64,000 nt of DNA, from assembly GCA_032128375.1 (NCBI GenBank), contig JAQBGU010000095.1:10640-74639 (forward strand), in the 5' to 3' direction. A program made the position numbers and the translations under genes. Positions 42,919 to 52,474 of this stretch are shown piece by piece (position 1 is the first letter of the stretch; each line of letters opens with the position of its first letter). Origin of the DNA: Deltaproteobacteria bacterium. Its GTDB lineage: Bacteria; Myxococcota_A; UBA9160; SMWR01. The notes under the pieces were generated by a model. It was not told the origin of the DNA and made no database searches. It saw only the letters and a list, made by a program, of their open reading frames with translations.

Positions 42919-42948
42919 TTGTAAACCGCTTGGCGCCGAGGGTATAAC
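42919..42948 (+). promoter_or_regulatory. Putative sigma70 promoter of the large DUF1302 gene
   Basis: TTGTAA-18 nt-TATAAC in an AT-richer intergenic region. Confidence 0.55.
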
Positions 42949-43117
42949 GTTTCAAACGGGGGGAAAGCCCGACTTGAAACCTGTTGTTCGGGACCGTGCG
43001 GTTCGCGTTGGGCAAAATCTCTGAAACTCATCATCGACGTAGGCTTCGGCGGGCTTCATTCTGGGAATTTGCGCCACAAGAGATTTCATTCGTGTGTTGC
43101 GCGTTGTGTGTGCGGGT

Positions 43118-43147
43118 TTGTGTGTGAGTGTGTGTGAGTGTGTGTGA
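43118..43147 (+). repeat. (GTGTGTGTGA)x3 microsatellite in the 5' leader
   Basis: Read directly, about 20 nt upstream of the GGAGG RBS; first copy has one mismatch. Confidence 0.8.
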
Positions 43148-43175
43148 AGGACGTGTCTAGGAACAGGGAGGTGGC

Positions 43176-46100
43176 ATGGTAGGTCTTATTGCTGAGTGCA
43201 GTTTGAAGAGATCGGCTGCATCGATTGCAGCAGTCTTGGGTGTCGGACTGCTTCTGTCGAGCTCCGCTGCTGCACTCGAGGCCTTTGACGGACGCCTCCA
43301 GGCGCACGGTTTCGCCGAAATGCAGATCCGGGCATTGGACGAAAAATTCGAACAGCAACTCGACCTGGCGCAGTGGTACAACGTGCTCAACGTCGAGCTC
43401 GAGTTCGACATCCTGCCTGACGGCTGGGGGCCGATCGACTTACTCAGTGCCTACGTGCGAGTCGAAGGTCGCTACGATTGCGTGTACAAGCGCGGATGCG
43501 GGATGTTCAGTTCGGCGGACGCCTACGGCGACAGGGCCCACCGGGTCCCCGACCGACTCGCTGACGGCGAAGCCTCGGATTTCGGCGGTGTGATCGAAGT
43601 GGGACAACCACTTCGACAAAACCCGACCAACACCATCATCCCGCTCAACGGCGCCCGCTACGCGAACATCAAAACTTTCCCCCAGGTTAGTTGTAACGGT
43701 GTCCAGTCACCCTTTCCGACGTGCCCTCCCAATCCGAACGGAACTCCGGTGGTTGGCGTACCAACCGGCAATTCTGTTTCCTTGACGACCGCCGACGGCA
43801 TCGTCAAGGGCGAGGTGATCGATAGAGACCCGACGACACTTCCTTCCGGTTTTACACCCGTCAACGGTGAGATCATCGAGGACCAACCCGGCCGCACTGT
43901 CCGCGGCCTCTTTGCGGGCTTGCTGGACCAGCAGGGCGCAGACGACCTGCCAGATACCCTTGATGATCCGTTCCGATACGTGATGTCGGATTTCCTCGAT
44001 TTCGGATTCACATTCAAGGACGTCAGAAACGGCAATGGCGCCGCCGGAGCCAACGTTCTCGGTCCCTGGCTGCCGAAGAACTTCATCGAGTCGAATGCGT
44101 CACTGCGCAACAAGGCCAATCCGTTCCGCGGCCGTCTGACCCCGTCTCCGGCCCCGGGTGTAAGGGGATTCCTTCGCTACCACACGGCAGATCTGGTGAT
44201 CAACGGCATCGGCGGGCCTGACAACCCCAACAACCCGTACCTGGCTATGCCGGACATGTTTCCGTCGGACGCGGTGATCCAGTCGCCAGACGGGGGGCCG
44301 TTGACGCTCCTGGATATCCTTCCGCCGGACCTGGTCATACCGGGGACGACAACCCGCGGTACGTTCCTGCTCAGGAACAATGCACCGGCGATCTTGACTG
44401 ACGGCACGGCGGAACTGTTCAAACAGGTCGGAACGAATGCATACGGCGGCGACTTCAGCGGCATCGTCCCGTGCGTGAACGCCGATAACCGCCAGGGCTT
44501 GCTGTTCACCGACCAAATCCAGGGGAGCACCCCTGGGCACGTCCCACAGGCCGGTTGCGCCCCGGACATCAATTTGCGGGTGATCGGCGGCACCGGGGAA
44601 CTGCCGCTGCGCCCGGCCCCGTTCGTCTCCGCCTCGGCGGGCGGTTTTGACCCGACCGTCGCCCAGGGGCTGTACATCCCGAGCGCAGGCCTGATTCAGT
44701 ATTTCAACGAGGGCGACTTCGATAGCCTCGACATGAATTTTCGCGAGTCCGAGCGGGCCTGGAATCGCGGTGCCAGCCAGCAGGACACGAAGGAGTTGAA
44801 GGAGGCGTACGTCGACATCGAAGTCCTCGATAGCCGCCTGTGGGTGCGACTGGGTTTGCAGCAGATTGTTTGGGGCAAGACGGAGTTGTTCCGCACCACC
44901 GACCAGTTCAACCCGGTTGACCTCGCGCTAGCCAGTCTTCCAAGCCTCGAAGAATCTCGCATTGCATTGAACGCTGCGCGATTCATCTACTCGTTGTATG
45001 AAGTGGGCCCGCTCGAAGACGTTCGGCTCGAGTTCGCATTCAATTTTGACCAGAACCAACCCGCTGACCTCGGCGCTTGCGGTGAGCCATACACGATCGA
45101 CCTGGTTTGCTCACTGACTTTCGGCACGTTTGCCCATAGCTACCTCGGCCTCGGTGTGGCGGGTATCAACCGTCCGGCGGATCCGTGGAAAGATCTCGGC
45201 GGCCTCGAGATTGGCGGCCGCGTCGAGTGGCGTTGGGACCGGTTCAGTTTTGCGCTGACCGACTTCTATGGCTACGACGACTTCCCGACGATCGAGTCGA
45301 TCATGACGTTCGAACGCAACGTCGACATCGAGTCCGGGCGACCGCTGATCACGCGCTTCAACCCTGAAAACGCTCGCGGCACCTGCAGAAACGACACAGC
45401 TGTCGACGCAAACGGCCTACCGTTGAATCGCCAGCTCTCCTCGGTGACGGTCGCTGGAATCGGGACGGACCCCGACTGCCTGAAATTCGGCGCACCCGGC
45501 GCGGATTCGCCTCAAAATGCGCTGCAGTTCCACCACGCCAACCAGCAGGTCTTCGCGTGGGTGTGCGCCGTCACGGTCGGCATCGCCGCGGGGCTCGACC
45601 CGGGTGCCTGCGCGTCGACGCTGTTCAGTTCTGCCGAGAACATCCAGGTTCTCAATATTCCGTTCTCCGAGGTGATCACCGCACTTACCGCGGCCGACTA
45701 CCGGACCAACTCGTTTTTCAGCACGATTTCGAACGCAACATCGGGATCTCCTTTGCCGGCTTCCACTGTGACTCCGACCCAGGCGTTGAACCGTGACGCC
45801 AACGACGGGTTCATCAACGTGCTGTTCGGAACGAATATGGACTGCGGAGGGGGTGTCGGGGGCCCCGCGGCTCAGGGTTGCGGCAACGGCTCGTTTTCGA
45901 CGAACGGGTTCATCAACCAGTTGCCCACCATCGGCTTCACCAATACCAACGCCGACGGCGCCCCGGCTGGCAACCTGTTTGCCAAGTGGCTGCCGTCACG
46001 GGACGACTTCATGACGCTCGACAGCACCCTGACCAACGAACAGCGGGCGCTGCTGGGCTGTGGTCCGTTTTGGGGAACCCGCTGCGACTCATCAGCGTCG

Positions 46101-47945
46101 GCGCTCGACTTCGATTGCACTGGCCAGGCGGGTTGTCAGGACGTCGCCCTTACCCGTGCCCTCTTCTTTGACCAGGTCACGCCGGGCTCGTTGCAGCGTG
46201 GCGGTGGCATCGACCTGCTCAATATGGAAGGCAGCGCGTTGGTCCAGGCGTGGGGCGGCGTCGAAGGAACCCAACCGGGTTATGTCGCGGTCAGTATGGC
46301 CCAAGCACCGGGCACGATCAATTTCCAAGGTGGCCCGGTCTGCACACGCTATGTGCCTGGCCAAGCAAAACCGATCGTACTGCCGGGCTGCCGTGGGATT
46401 GACAGTTTTGTGATCACCGATAGCGAGGTGATCTTCACGTTCCAAGACAACTACGACCCCACGGTTGACGGCTGCCTGGTCGCTCCAAACATCGGTAGCG
46501 GCGCCAACCTCCACACGGTCAGGACGGTCTACGGGGACGGAACTGATTTCACCAATTCCGCCGGCATGATGTCGTGCTTCGGTCAGTTGGCACCTCAGAC
46601 CGGCGACTTCGACCCCAACGGGCCTGTCCCCTCGACCTACACCCCCTGTTCCAATTTCCAGAACGATGCAGCTTGCCAGGCCCAGATCGCGGAGTTCCTG
46701 AACAAGGCGAACTCAGACAGCTCTCGTGGAACCTACCAGTCGGCTTCTCGGCCCAACGAACCGATCTACATCGTCAATTTTCAGAACGCTTCGACACTCT
46801 ATCATCCCTTGGCGGGCTGTTTGGACGCAGATCAGATCGCTCTACAGATCGCCGCTCGCCCGACTCTCGGGCCGCGCTGCAACTCGAAGCCGATCATTCC
46901 CGGTCTCCTCAACCAGAGTCCGACTCCCGTTGAATGTCAGGTAATCGTTCCTGGGTGCCAATTTCGTCCAGCAGAAGGTGGTTTCTTCTTGCCGGCTTCC
47001 GCGGGTGGCGAAATCGCTCGCGACTACGATGCCGAATTCCTGATTGGCGAAGCGCAGATCTTCAAGAACGAGCTGGCGGCCGTATCGTGGAACTTCGGCT
47101 TATTTCTGGTCGTTGCTTCGGGATGCGACGACGAAATAGAGAGGGATCAGAACCCGGCGTGTTTCGATGGGGAAAAGCCTTTTGCACTCGACCGGTGCTC
47201 ATTCAACCAGATGTACCAATGTTCGGCCATCAAGGGCATTCTCGGATTGGTCGGCGTGCAGCGCAACGTAGTCAAGGCCGGAGGCAACGGAACCTACGGA
47301 CGCCGCACGCTGTTGTGGCACGGTGGTCAGGAAGTCGTACTGAACTACAACAAGAACAACGTGTTCGGGTTTTCCACCGACTTCGCAGAGGACTACACGA
47401 AATCGAGCTGGGGTATCGAGTTCACCTGGTTCGAATCGGTGCCATTTGGCAACAACGACGAATTCGACAATTCCAAGAGCGTCGACACATTGAATTTGAC
47501 AGTTTCTGCGGACCGCCCGACGTTCATCAACTTCCTGAACGCAAATCGCACGTTCTTCTTCAATTCGCAGTGGTTCTTCCGCTATGTCAATGGTCACTCC
47601 CATGGCACCACCGGAGATGAGTGGGATGTGTTGTTCACGTTCGCAATGTTCACCGGCTACTTCCAGGATCGGTTGAATCCATCGCTCGTGACCATCTATG
47701 ACTTCAACTCGGAATCGGGTGGTGTCCTGACATCGATCAACTACCGCTTCACGGAAGCGTTCTCGGCCACGATGGGAATCTCGCTTTTCTTCGGCCAAAC
47801 GGAACTGAACGACATGCCGGTCAATCCCATCGGTCCGCCGGTCAACCGCGCCGGCCCCAATGCCTACAAGGATCCCGGAGAGCGGTTCATCTCGAATATC
47901 CGAAAGCGCGACGAAGCCTGGCTCCGCTTGCGCTGGACGTTCTAA
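43176..47945 (+). CDS. Very large DUF1302-like outer-membrane beta-barrel protein with Cys-rich insertions
   Basis: Signal peptide; LKEAYVD...RLGLQQIVWGKTELFR..D.FNP.D segment; C-terminal beta-signal WLRLRWTF. Confidence 0.75.
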   Translation: MVGLIAECSLKRSAASIAAVLGVGLLLSSSAAALEAFDGRLQAHGFAEMQIRALDEKFEQQLDLAQWYNVLNVELEFDILPDGWGPIDLLSAYVRVEGRYDCVYKRGCGMFSSADAYGDRAHRVPDRLADGEASDFGGVIEVGQPLRQNPTNTIIPLNGARYANIKTFPQVSCNGVQSPFPTCPPNPNGTPVVGVPTGNSVSLTTADGIVKGEVIDRDPTTLPSGFTPVNGEIIEDQPGRTVRGLFAGLLDQQGADDLPDTLDDPFRYVMSDFLDFGFTFKDVRNGNGAAGANVLGPWLPKNFIESNASLRNKANPFRGRLTPSPAPGVRGFLRYHTADLVINGIGGPDNPNNPYLAMPDMFPSDAVIQSPDGGPLTLLDILPPDLVIPGTTTRGTFLLRNNAPAILTDGTAELFKQVGTNAYGGDFSGIVPCVNADNRQGLLFTDQIQGSTPGHVPQAGCAPDINLRVIGGTGELPLRPAPFVSASAGGFDPTVAQGLYIPSAGLIQYFNEGDFDSLDMNFRESERAWNRGASQQDTKELKEAYVDIEVLDSRLWVRLGLQQIVWGKTELFRTTDQFNPVDLALASLPSLEESRIALNAARFIYSLYEVGPLEDVRLEFAFNFDQNQPADLGACGEPYTIDLVCSLTFGTFAHSYLGLGVAGINRPADPWKDLGGLEIGGRVEWRWDRFSFALTDFYGYDDFPTIESIMTFERNVDIESGRPLITRFNPENARGTCRNDTAVDANGLPLNRQLSSVTVAGIGTDPDCLKFGAPGADSPQNALQFHHANQQVFAWVCAVTVGIAAGLDPGACASTLFSSAENIQVLNIPFSEVITALTAADYRTNSFFSTISNATSGSPLPASTVTPTQALNRDANDGFINVLFGTNMDCGGGVGGPAAQGCGNGSFSTNGFINQLPTIGFTNTNADGAPAGNLFAKWLPSRDDFMTLDSTLTNEQRALLGCGPFWGTRCDSSASALDFDCTGQAGCQDVALTRALFFDQVTPGSLQRGGGIDLLNMEGSALVQAWGGVEGTQPGYVAVSMAQAPGTINFQGGPVCTRYVPGQAKPIVLPGCRGIDSFVITDSEVIFTFQDNYDPTVDGCLVAPNIGSGANLHTVRTVYGDGTDFTNSAGMMSCFGQLAPQTGDFDPNGPVPSTYTPCSNFQNDAACQAQIAEFLNKANSDSSRGTYQSASRPNEPIYIVNFQNASTLYHPLAGCLDADQIALQIAARPTLGPRCNSKPIIPGLLNQSPTPVECQVIVPGCQFRPAEGGFFLPASAGGEIARDYDAEFLIGEAQIFKNELAAVSWNFGLFLVVASGCDDEIERDQNPACFDGEKPFALDRCSFNQMYQCSAIKGILGLVGVQRNVVKAGGNGTYGRRTLLWHGGQEVVLNYNKNNVFGFSTDFAEDYTKSSWGIEFTWFESVPFGNNDEFDNSKSVDTLNLTVSADRPTFINFLNANRTFFFNSQWFFRYVNGHSHGTTGDEWDVLFTFAMFTGYFQDRLNPSLVTIYDFNSESGGVLTSINYRFTEAFSATMGISLFFGQTELNDMPVNPIGPPVNRAGPNAYKDPGERFISNIRKRDEAWLRLRWTF

Positions 47946-48013
47946 TCGCGAAACGCAGCAGCCTGAGCGAGATCTATCTCGGCGAGCGAAGTTCGAGCGG
48001 GCAGCCTCGACAG

Positions 48014-48035
48014 TCGAAGAGCAGACTCTCTTCGA
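48014..48035. terminator. Hairpin between convergent genes, possible bidirectional terminator
   Basis: TCGAAGAG-cagact-CTCTTCGA; no U-tract. Confidence 0.3.
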
Positions 48036-48095
48036 TCGCGATTCAGTTCTCGAGGAGGTGAGCAGTCGAGGCTCGCTAGCAACGACGTGCGCTGA

Positions 48096-49562
48096 TCAGT
48101 GCCCGCGAAGCAAATAGTCGGTCGACGTCATTCGCTGCAGTGACTTGTCTTCGGGCGGAACTGAGCGGATGTCATATGCCTCGCGCCGCCATCCACTGCC
48201 ACCGTCCGCCACATGAAAGAAGACCGCAGCGACTGGGTCGAACACCGCCGCTCGAACGTCTGCCGGCCAGTGCGGGTAATCGATCACATCGCCGCTGAAT
48301 CGGTGTACCGGTATCCCGATGTCCACCAGCAGTCCCCTGCTTCTTCGTGTGATGATGTACAGCGGCATCTGGGTCTGATAGTCGACGTAGATCTGTATGA
48401 ACTGGAATCCCTCATTCTCGGTGCGGGCTGAGCCCTCCAAAACGATGGCCAGACGCACCTCCCAACGGTCATTCCCAACTGACAACCCCATCGAGCCGAA
48501 ATTCCGCTCCAATTCGAAGGGATAACCCGAACGGGTCGAATTAATTGGGGCGAGAACCTCGCGCTCTCCCAATACACGCCAGTGGTACGCGTTCGGCCGC
48601 AAGGCGAAGTCGGTAAAACCAGAGGGGATGTGTTCCGTGATCGCCGCCGAAAGCGCCGACGTCGGGCTCACCGATCCGGTGGGTGTCTGCCCATTCGAGC
48701 CGACGGCAAGGCTACCGCCCCCGTGATCGCCCCCTACGCGATAGCGGGGCGTGTACATGCCATCGACCCAGGAGGTGGCCGCACGGCGAACCTTGCGCAT
48801 CGTCGGCACATACACGAACGTCGAATCGGTCGTCAGGTAGTTCTGTTCGGTCTTTACCGGGCGCATTTGACGCCATGCCAGGTGGCGTGCGTCGAACGGA
48901 GTATCGAAGCGTCCACCGCCAATCCACAGGTTTTCTTCAGAGCCCGGGAAAACGAATGCCGTATCGACCAAGTCGGATCGGTGCCGAGTGCGCAGCTGAA
49001 AGAAATTGCCAGTGTAGACCTGAATTCCGCCGATCCGGCTCGGCATATCGGTTATCCGAAACTTCCCGTGCGGTCCGGCGCCGCGATATCGGTGCTCGAG
49101 ATTCCAAGCCCACCTGATGCCAGCATCTGGGCTGTTGTTGTCGATCGAAGCTGGCGGAAACGGAACCCCCGCAACATAACCCCACAGGTTCCCGTCCTCA
49201 TCGACACCCGCTTGGCCCGAAAACTGCTCAGTCGCGTCCGAATAGTCTTTCGAGATGGGGTAGCGCCGGTGGCACGCGCCGAGTTCCATCCGCATCCCGT
49301 CGAAGAAGAAGATATTGCGGTGGCGCCAGACCTCGACCGGAATCAACTCACGCAACAGTACGAGATCGCTGTAGCTCAGCATCATACCTTCACGAATCAC
49401 GGTCGGCGTCGCATCCTCCACGCTGCTCACTCCGGGGCGTCCCCCGAGCGGCGGGCAATCGCCCTGATCGGGCAGTGTTGCGCCAGCACCCGATACGAGC
49501 AGGCTGGCGGTGAGAAATGACGCGACGAACAGAGCGACGCGATGGGGGGGGGATGTAGTCAA
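48096..49562 (-). CDS. DUF1329 family periplasmic protein
   Basis: Signal peptide; YVAGVPFP, G.RWAWN, YVPTMRKVRR, W..LGEREVLAP, WEVR; GGAGG RBS before TTG. Confidence 0.8.
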   Translation of the reverse strand: MTTSPPHRVALFVASFLTASLLVSGAGATLPDQGDCPPLGGRPGVSSVEDATPTVIREGMMLSYSDLVLLRELIPVEVWRHRNIFFFDGMRMELGACHRRYPISKDYSDATEQFSGQAGVDEDGNLWGYVAGVPFPPASIDNNSPDAGIRWAWNLEHRYRGAGPHGKFRITDMPSRIGGIQVYTGNFFQLRTRHRSDLVDTAFVFPGSEENLWIGGGRFDTPFDARHLAWRQMRPVKTEQNYLTTDSTFVYVPTMRKVRRAATSWVDGMYTPRYRVGGDHGGGSLAVGSNGQTPTGSVSPTSALSAAITEHIPSGFTDFALRPNAYHWRVLGEREVLAPINSTRSGYPFELERNFGSMGLSVGNDRWEVRLAIVLEGSARTENEGFQFIQIYVDYQTQMPLYIITRRSRGLLVDIGIPVHRFSGDVIDYPHWPADVRAAVFDPVAAVFFHVADGGSGWRREAYDIRSVPPEDKSLQRMTSTDYLLRGH

Positions 49563-49707
49563 CGGAACCTCCTGGCGCTCGTTTGGCGACCGGGGCCCGC
49601 TAGCGCGAGCAATCCACCTCTCGGACTCGCTGAATCGAGCGGTTTGGGAGCCGGATTGATTCTATCGTACCTTTCGATGCTCTCGTTGCCGGAGATGAAC
49701 AGGGTCT

Positions 49708-50628
49708 ATGGCACGTCGTTCCGTCACGTTCCCCGTCACGCTGGGTTTCGTTCTCAGTGTGCTGGCGCTCGTGCTCGCGGTGGGCTGGGTGTTGGTGTTG
49801 TTTGCCGACAGGCCGGTTGCCGACACCGGGCTGACGAGTCTCGATTGGGTGCTGCTGGTGTTGGGGATAGCGCTTTTCGTGCTGATCATCATTGGGTTGG
49901 TCTGGCTGTGCGCCTGGCTGGTCCGAGAGATGCGGCTCAACCAAAGGCAACACGCGTTTCTCGATGCCGTCACTCATGAAATGAAGACGCCACTCGCTTC
50001 GCTGCGCCTATACCTGGAAACCCTGGTGAAACACGATCCGCCCAGGGATAACCGTTCGGCGTTCCTCAGCCGGATGGCCGAAGATCTGGAACGGCTCGAG
50101 CAGACCGTCGACCAGGTTCTCGCGGCCGCCCGTGCAGAGGAACCCGGCCGACACGCGAAGCTCCAAGATGTCGCGCTGGCTTCGGTGCTCGGCCCTTGCA
50201 TCGATGAAGTCCGCGAGCGCCACACGTTGCCCCCCGAAGCCGTCAGCCTGGTCGCCGACGCACACGCGATCGTTCGTGCCGACGCCGGCGAACTGGCGCT
50301 GGTGTTCCGGAACTTGCTCGAAAATGCGGTGAAGTACTCAGACGATCCGGTTGAAGTCAAAGTCGCTGTTTCCAACACGGTCGACGGCCGCGTTCGTATT
50401 GATATATCGGATCGCGGGATCGGAATTCCCGTCAGAGAGCTGCGGAAGATCTTTCAACGCTTCTATCGAGTCGGCCGTGACGTCCAGCGGACTGCGTCAG
50501 GACTTGGACTCGGCTTGTTCATCGTTCGCAACCTCGTGCGCCGTCAGGGTGGGCGGGTTGTGGCGCGCAGCGAAGGCTGGGGCGAGGGCAGTCGCTTCGT
50601 CGTTACGCTGCGTGCGGCCGGACACTGA
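49708..50628 (+). CDS. Sensor histidine kinase
   Basis: Two TM helices, VTHEMKTPLAS, NLLENAVKYS, DRGIG, GLGLGL. Confidence 0.94.
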   Translation: MARRSVTFPVTLGFVLSVLALVLAVGWVLVLFADRPVADTGLTSLDWVLLVLGIALFVLIIIGLVWLCAWLVREMRLNQRQHAFLDAVTHEMKTPLASLRLYLETLVKHDPPRDNRSAFLSRMAEDLERLEQTVDQVLAAARAEEPGRHAKLQDVALASVLGPCIDEVRERHTLPPEAVSLVADAHAIVRADAGELALVFRNLLENAVKYSDDPVEVKVAVSNTVDGRVRIDISDRGIGIPVRELRKIFQRFYRVGRDVQRTASGLGLGLFIVRNLVRRQGGRVVARSEGWGEGSRFVVTLRAAGH

Positions 50629-50638
50629 GGTAGCCACT

Positions 50639-51340
50639 ATGCCCAATATTCTGATTGTTGAGGACGAGGCCCACCTCGTCGATGGACTCACGTTCAACCT
50701 CGAAAGAGAGGGGCACGAGATCACGGTCGCCCGAGACGGGATTTCCGCGGATCGTTTCCTCACGGATTCGTCATTGTCGTTCGATCTGGTTCTGCTCGAT
50801 CTGATGCTTCCGGCAATGGGCGGGTTCGAGGTGGCCCGTCGGGCCCGAGCAGCGGGCAACTTCGTTCCGATCCTGATCTTGACGGCGAAAGACGCTCAAG
50901 GTGACTTGATTCGCGGGATCGAGGAGGGTGCAGACGATTACCTCACCAAGCCCTTTCATCTCGATGAACTGCTCGCTCGAGTCAAAGGTCTGCTCCGCCG
51001 CCGCCGCTGGGATGGAGTGGAGCGACAAAACGAGGACATGCGAGCTTTTTCGATCGGTGATGTGACGGTTCACTTCGATCGGTTCGAACTCGATACGCCG
51101 CGCGGAACCATCAACCTGACCACGCGCGAACTGGGGCTGCTGCGCGCGTTGATCGATTGCGAAGGCGAGGCGGTGACGCGCGGTGAATTGCTGGAGAGAG
51201 TGTGGGGCCTTCGGCCCGACACGAAGACCCGGGTCGTGGACAGCTTCATTGTTAGACTCCGGCGATACATCGAGCCGGATCCGTCGGAACCGGTCCACAT
51301 CGTCTCGGTACGCGGCCACGGCTACCGGTTGATTGCATGA
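50639..51340 (+). CDS. OmpR-family response regulator
   Basis: ILIVEDE, LLDLMLP, DYLTKPF, winged-helix end VRGHGY. Confidence 0.94.
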   Translation: MPNILIVEDEAHLVDGLTFNLEREGHEITVARDGISADRFLTDSSLSFDLVLLDLMLPAMGGFEVARRARAAGNFVPILILTAKDAQGDLIRGIEEGADDYLTKPFHLDELLARVKGLLRRRRWDGVERQNEDMRAFSIGDVTVHFDRFELDTPRGTINLTTRELGLLRALIDCEGEAVTRGELLERVWGLRPDTKTRVVDSFIVRLRRYIEPDPSEPVHIVSVRGHGYRLIA

Positions 51341-51392
51341 GACTTCCATTATCTGGTTGTGCTCCGGTGCTACAGCGTGCAACCCTGCCAAT

Positions 51393-52172
51393 GTGGATGA
51401 ATCAGTGCGGATGCATGTCCAGCCGACACTTCGCGAGGCGCCGATGGTGTTGGCCTTCGAGGGATGGAACGACGCAGGCGAGGCCGCGTCGCGTGCGGCT
51501 CGGTACATCAGTGAAGCGATCTCTTCGGTACCCCTGGCAGAGATCGATGCTGAGGAATTCCTCGATTTCACGGTTCAACGCCCCACTGTGCGGACGGATC
51601 CAGCCATGGGGCGTGTCATCGATTGGCCGAGTCTGCGGTTCCAATTTGGCTCGCTGGATTCATCGCGCGAGCTGGTGGTCGGCATTGGTGTCGAGCCGCA
51701 CCTACGTTGGCGTCGATTCACCGAGGCAATCGCCGCGTTGGTAGAGAAACTCGGCGTTCGCCAGGTTGTGCTGCTGGGCGCCTACGTGGCAGACGTGGTC
51801 TATTCCCTTCCCGTCGGAGTGAGTGGGTTTTCGACACGGCCGGAGTTGCTCGAAGAACTCGACGTCGAACCGAGTCCATACCAGGGGCCGACCGGCATCG
51901 TCGGGGTGTTGGCGGATCGTTTGGGCCGAACCGGCATCGAAGTCACGAGCCTCTGGGCCGGTCTTCCCAACTACATCAATGTCTCACCGAATCCGCGCGG
52001 TTCCCTCGCCCTGGTCCAGAGGCTGACGACGCATCTGTCGATCAAGATCGACGAAGAACCTCTGCGAAGCGACGCGGCCAGTTACGAGCAGCGAATCTCG
52101 GAACTCGTCTCCGCCGACCCGGAACTCACCGAGTATGTGCGAGAACTCAAGCGCCGAGAATTCGCGCAGTAA
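51393..52172 (+). CDS. PAC2 family (proteasome assembly chaperone-like) protein
   Basis: AFEGWNDAGEAA, DFTVQRP, EPHLRW, YQGPTGIVG, WAGLPNY; start uncertain. Confidence 0.85.
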   Translation: MDESVRMHVQPTLREAPMVLAFEGWNDAGEAASRAARYISEAISSVPLAEIDAEEFLDFTVQRPTVRTDPAMGRVIDWPSLRFQFGSLDSSRELVVGIGVEPHLRWRRFTEAIAALVEKLGVRQVVLLGAYVADVVYSLPVGVSGFSTRPELLEELDVEPSPYQGPTGIVGVLADRLGRTGIEVTSLWAGLPNYINVSPNPRGSLALVQRLTTHLSIKIDEEPLRSDAASYEQRISELVSADPELTEYVRELKRREFAQ

Positions 52173-52207
52173 GAAAGCCATCTCTCAATTCCGACTTTCG
52201 CGCAGTA

Positions 52208-52459
52208 CTATCGCAGCTCGATAGATTCCTCGATCAGCATCACCGGGATGCCGTCATCGACCGGATACAGGATCTTTCCATCCTCTCTGACCAGCCCCTC
52301 CGATAGCGACGTCGTGACACGCTCGCCCCCGCGATTTTTCAGGCGTTCTGCTCGAATTTCGGCGTTCAACCTGGCCAGGACCTCCTTGGACGCCGGCGAG
52401 ACTGATTGTCGGGTTTCCGGACAAACGAGAATTTCAAGTAGTTCCGAACTAACAGGCAT
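52208..52459 (-). CDS. Trm112/YcaR-like small protein
   Basis: LLEILVCP...YPVDDGIPVMLIEE. Confidence 0.88.
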   Translation of the reverse strand: MPVSSELLEILVCPETRQSVSPASKEVLARLNAEIRAERLKNRGGERVTTSLSEGLVREDGKILYPVDDGIPVMLIEESIELR

Positions 52460-52474
52460 GTGAGACCCCACTAT

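Noticed and set aside
42949..42980. GTTTCAA...TTGAAAC resembles a CRISPR repeat
   Set aside because: Single copy, no spacers and no cas genes in the window
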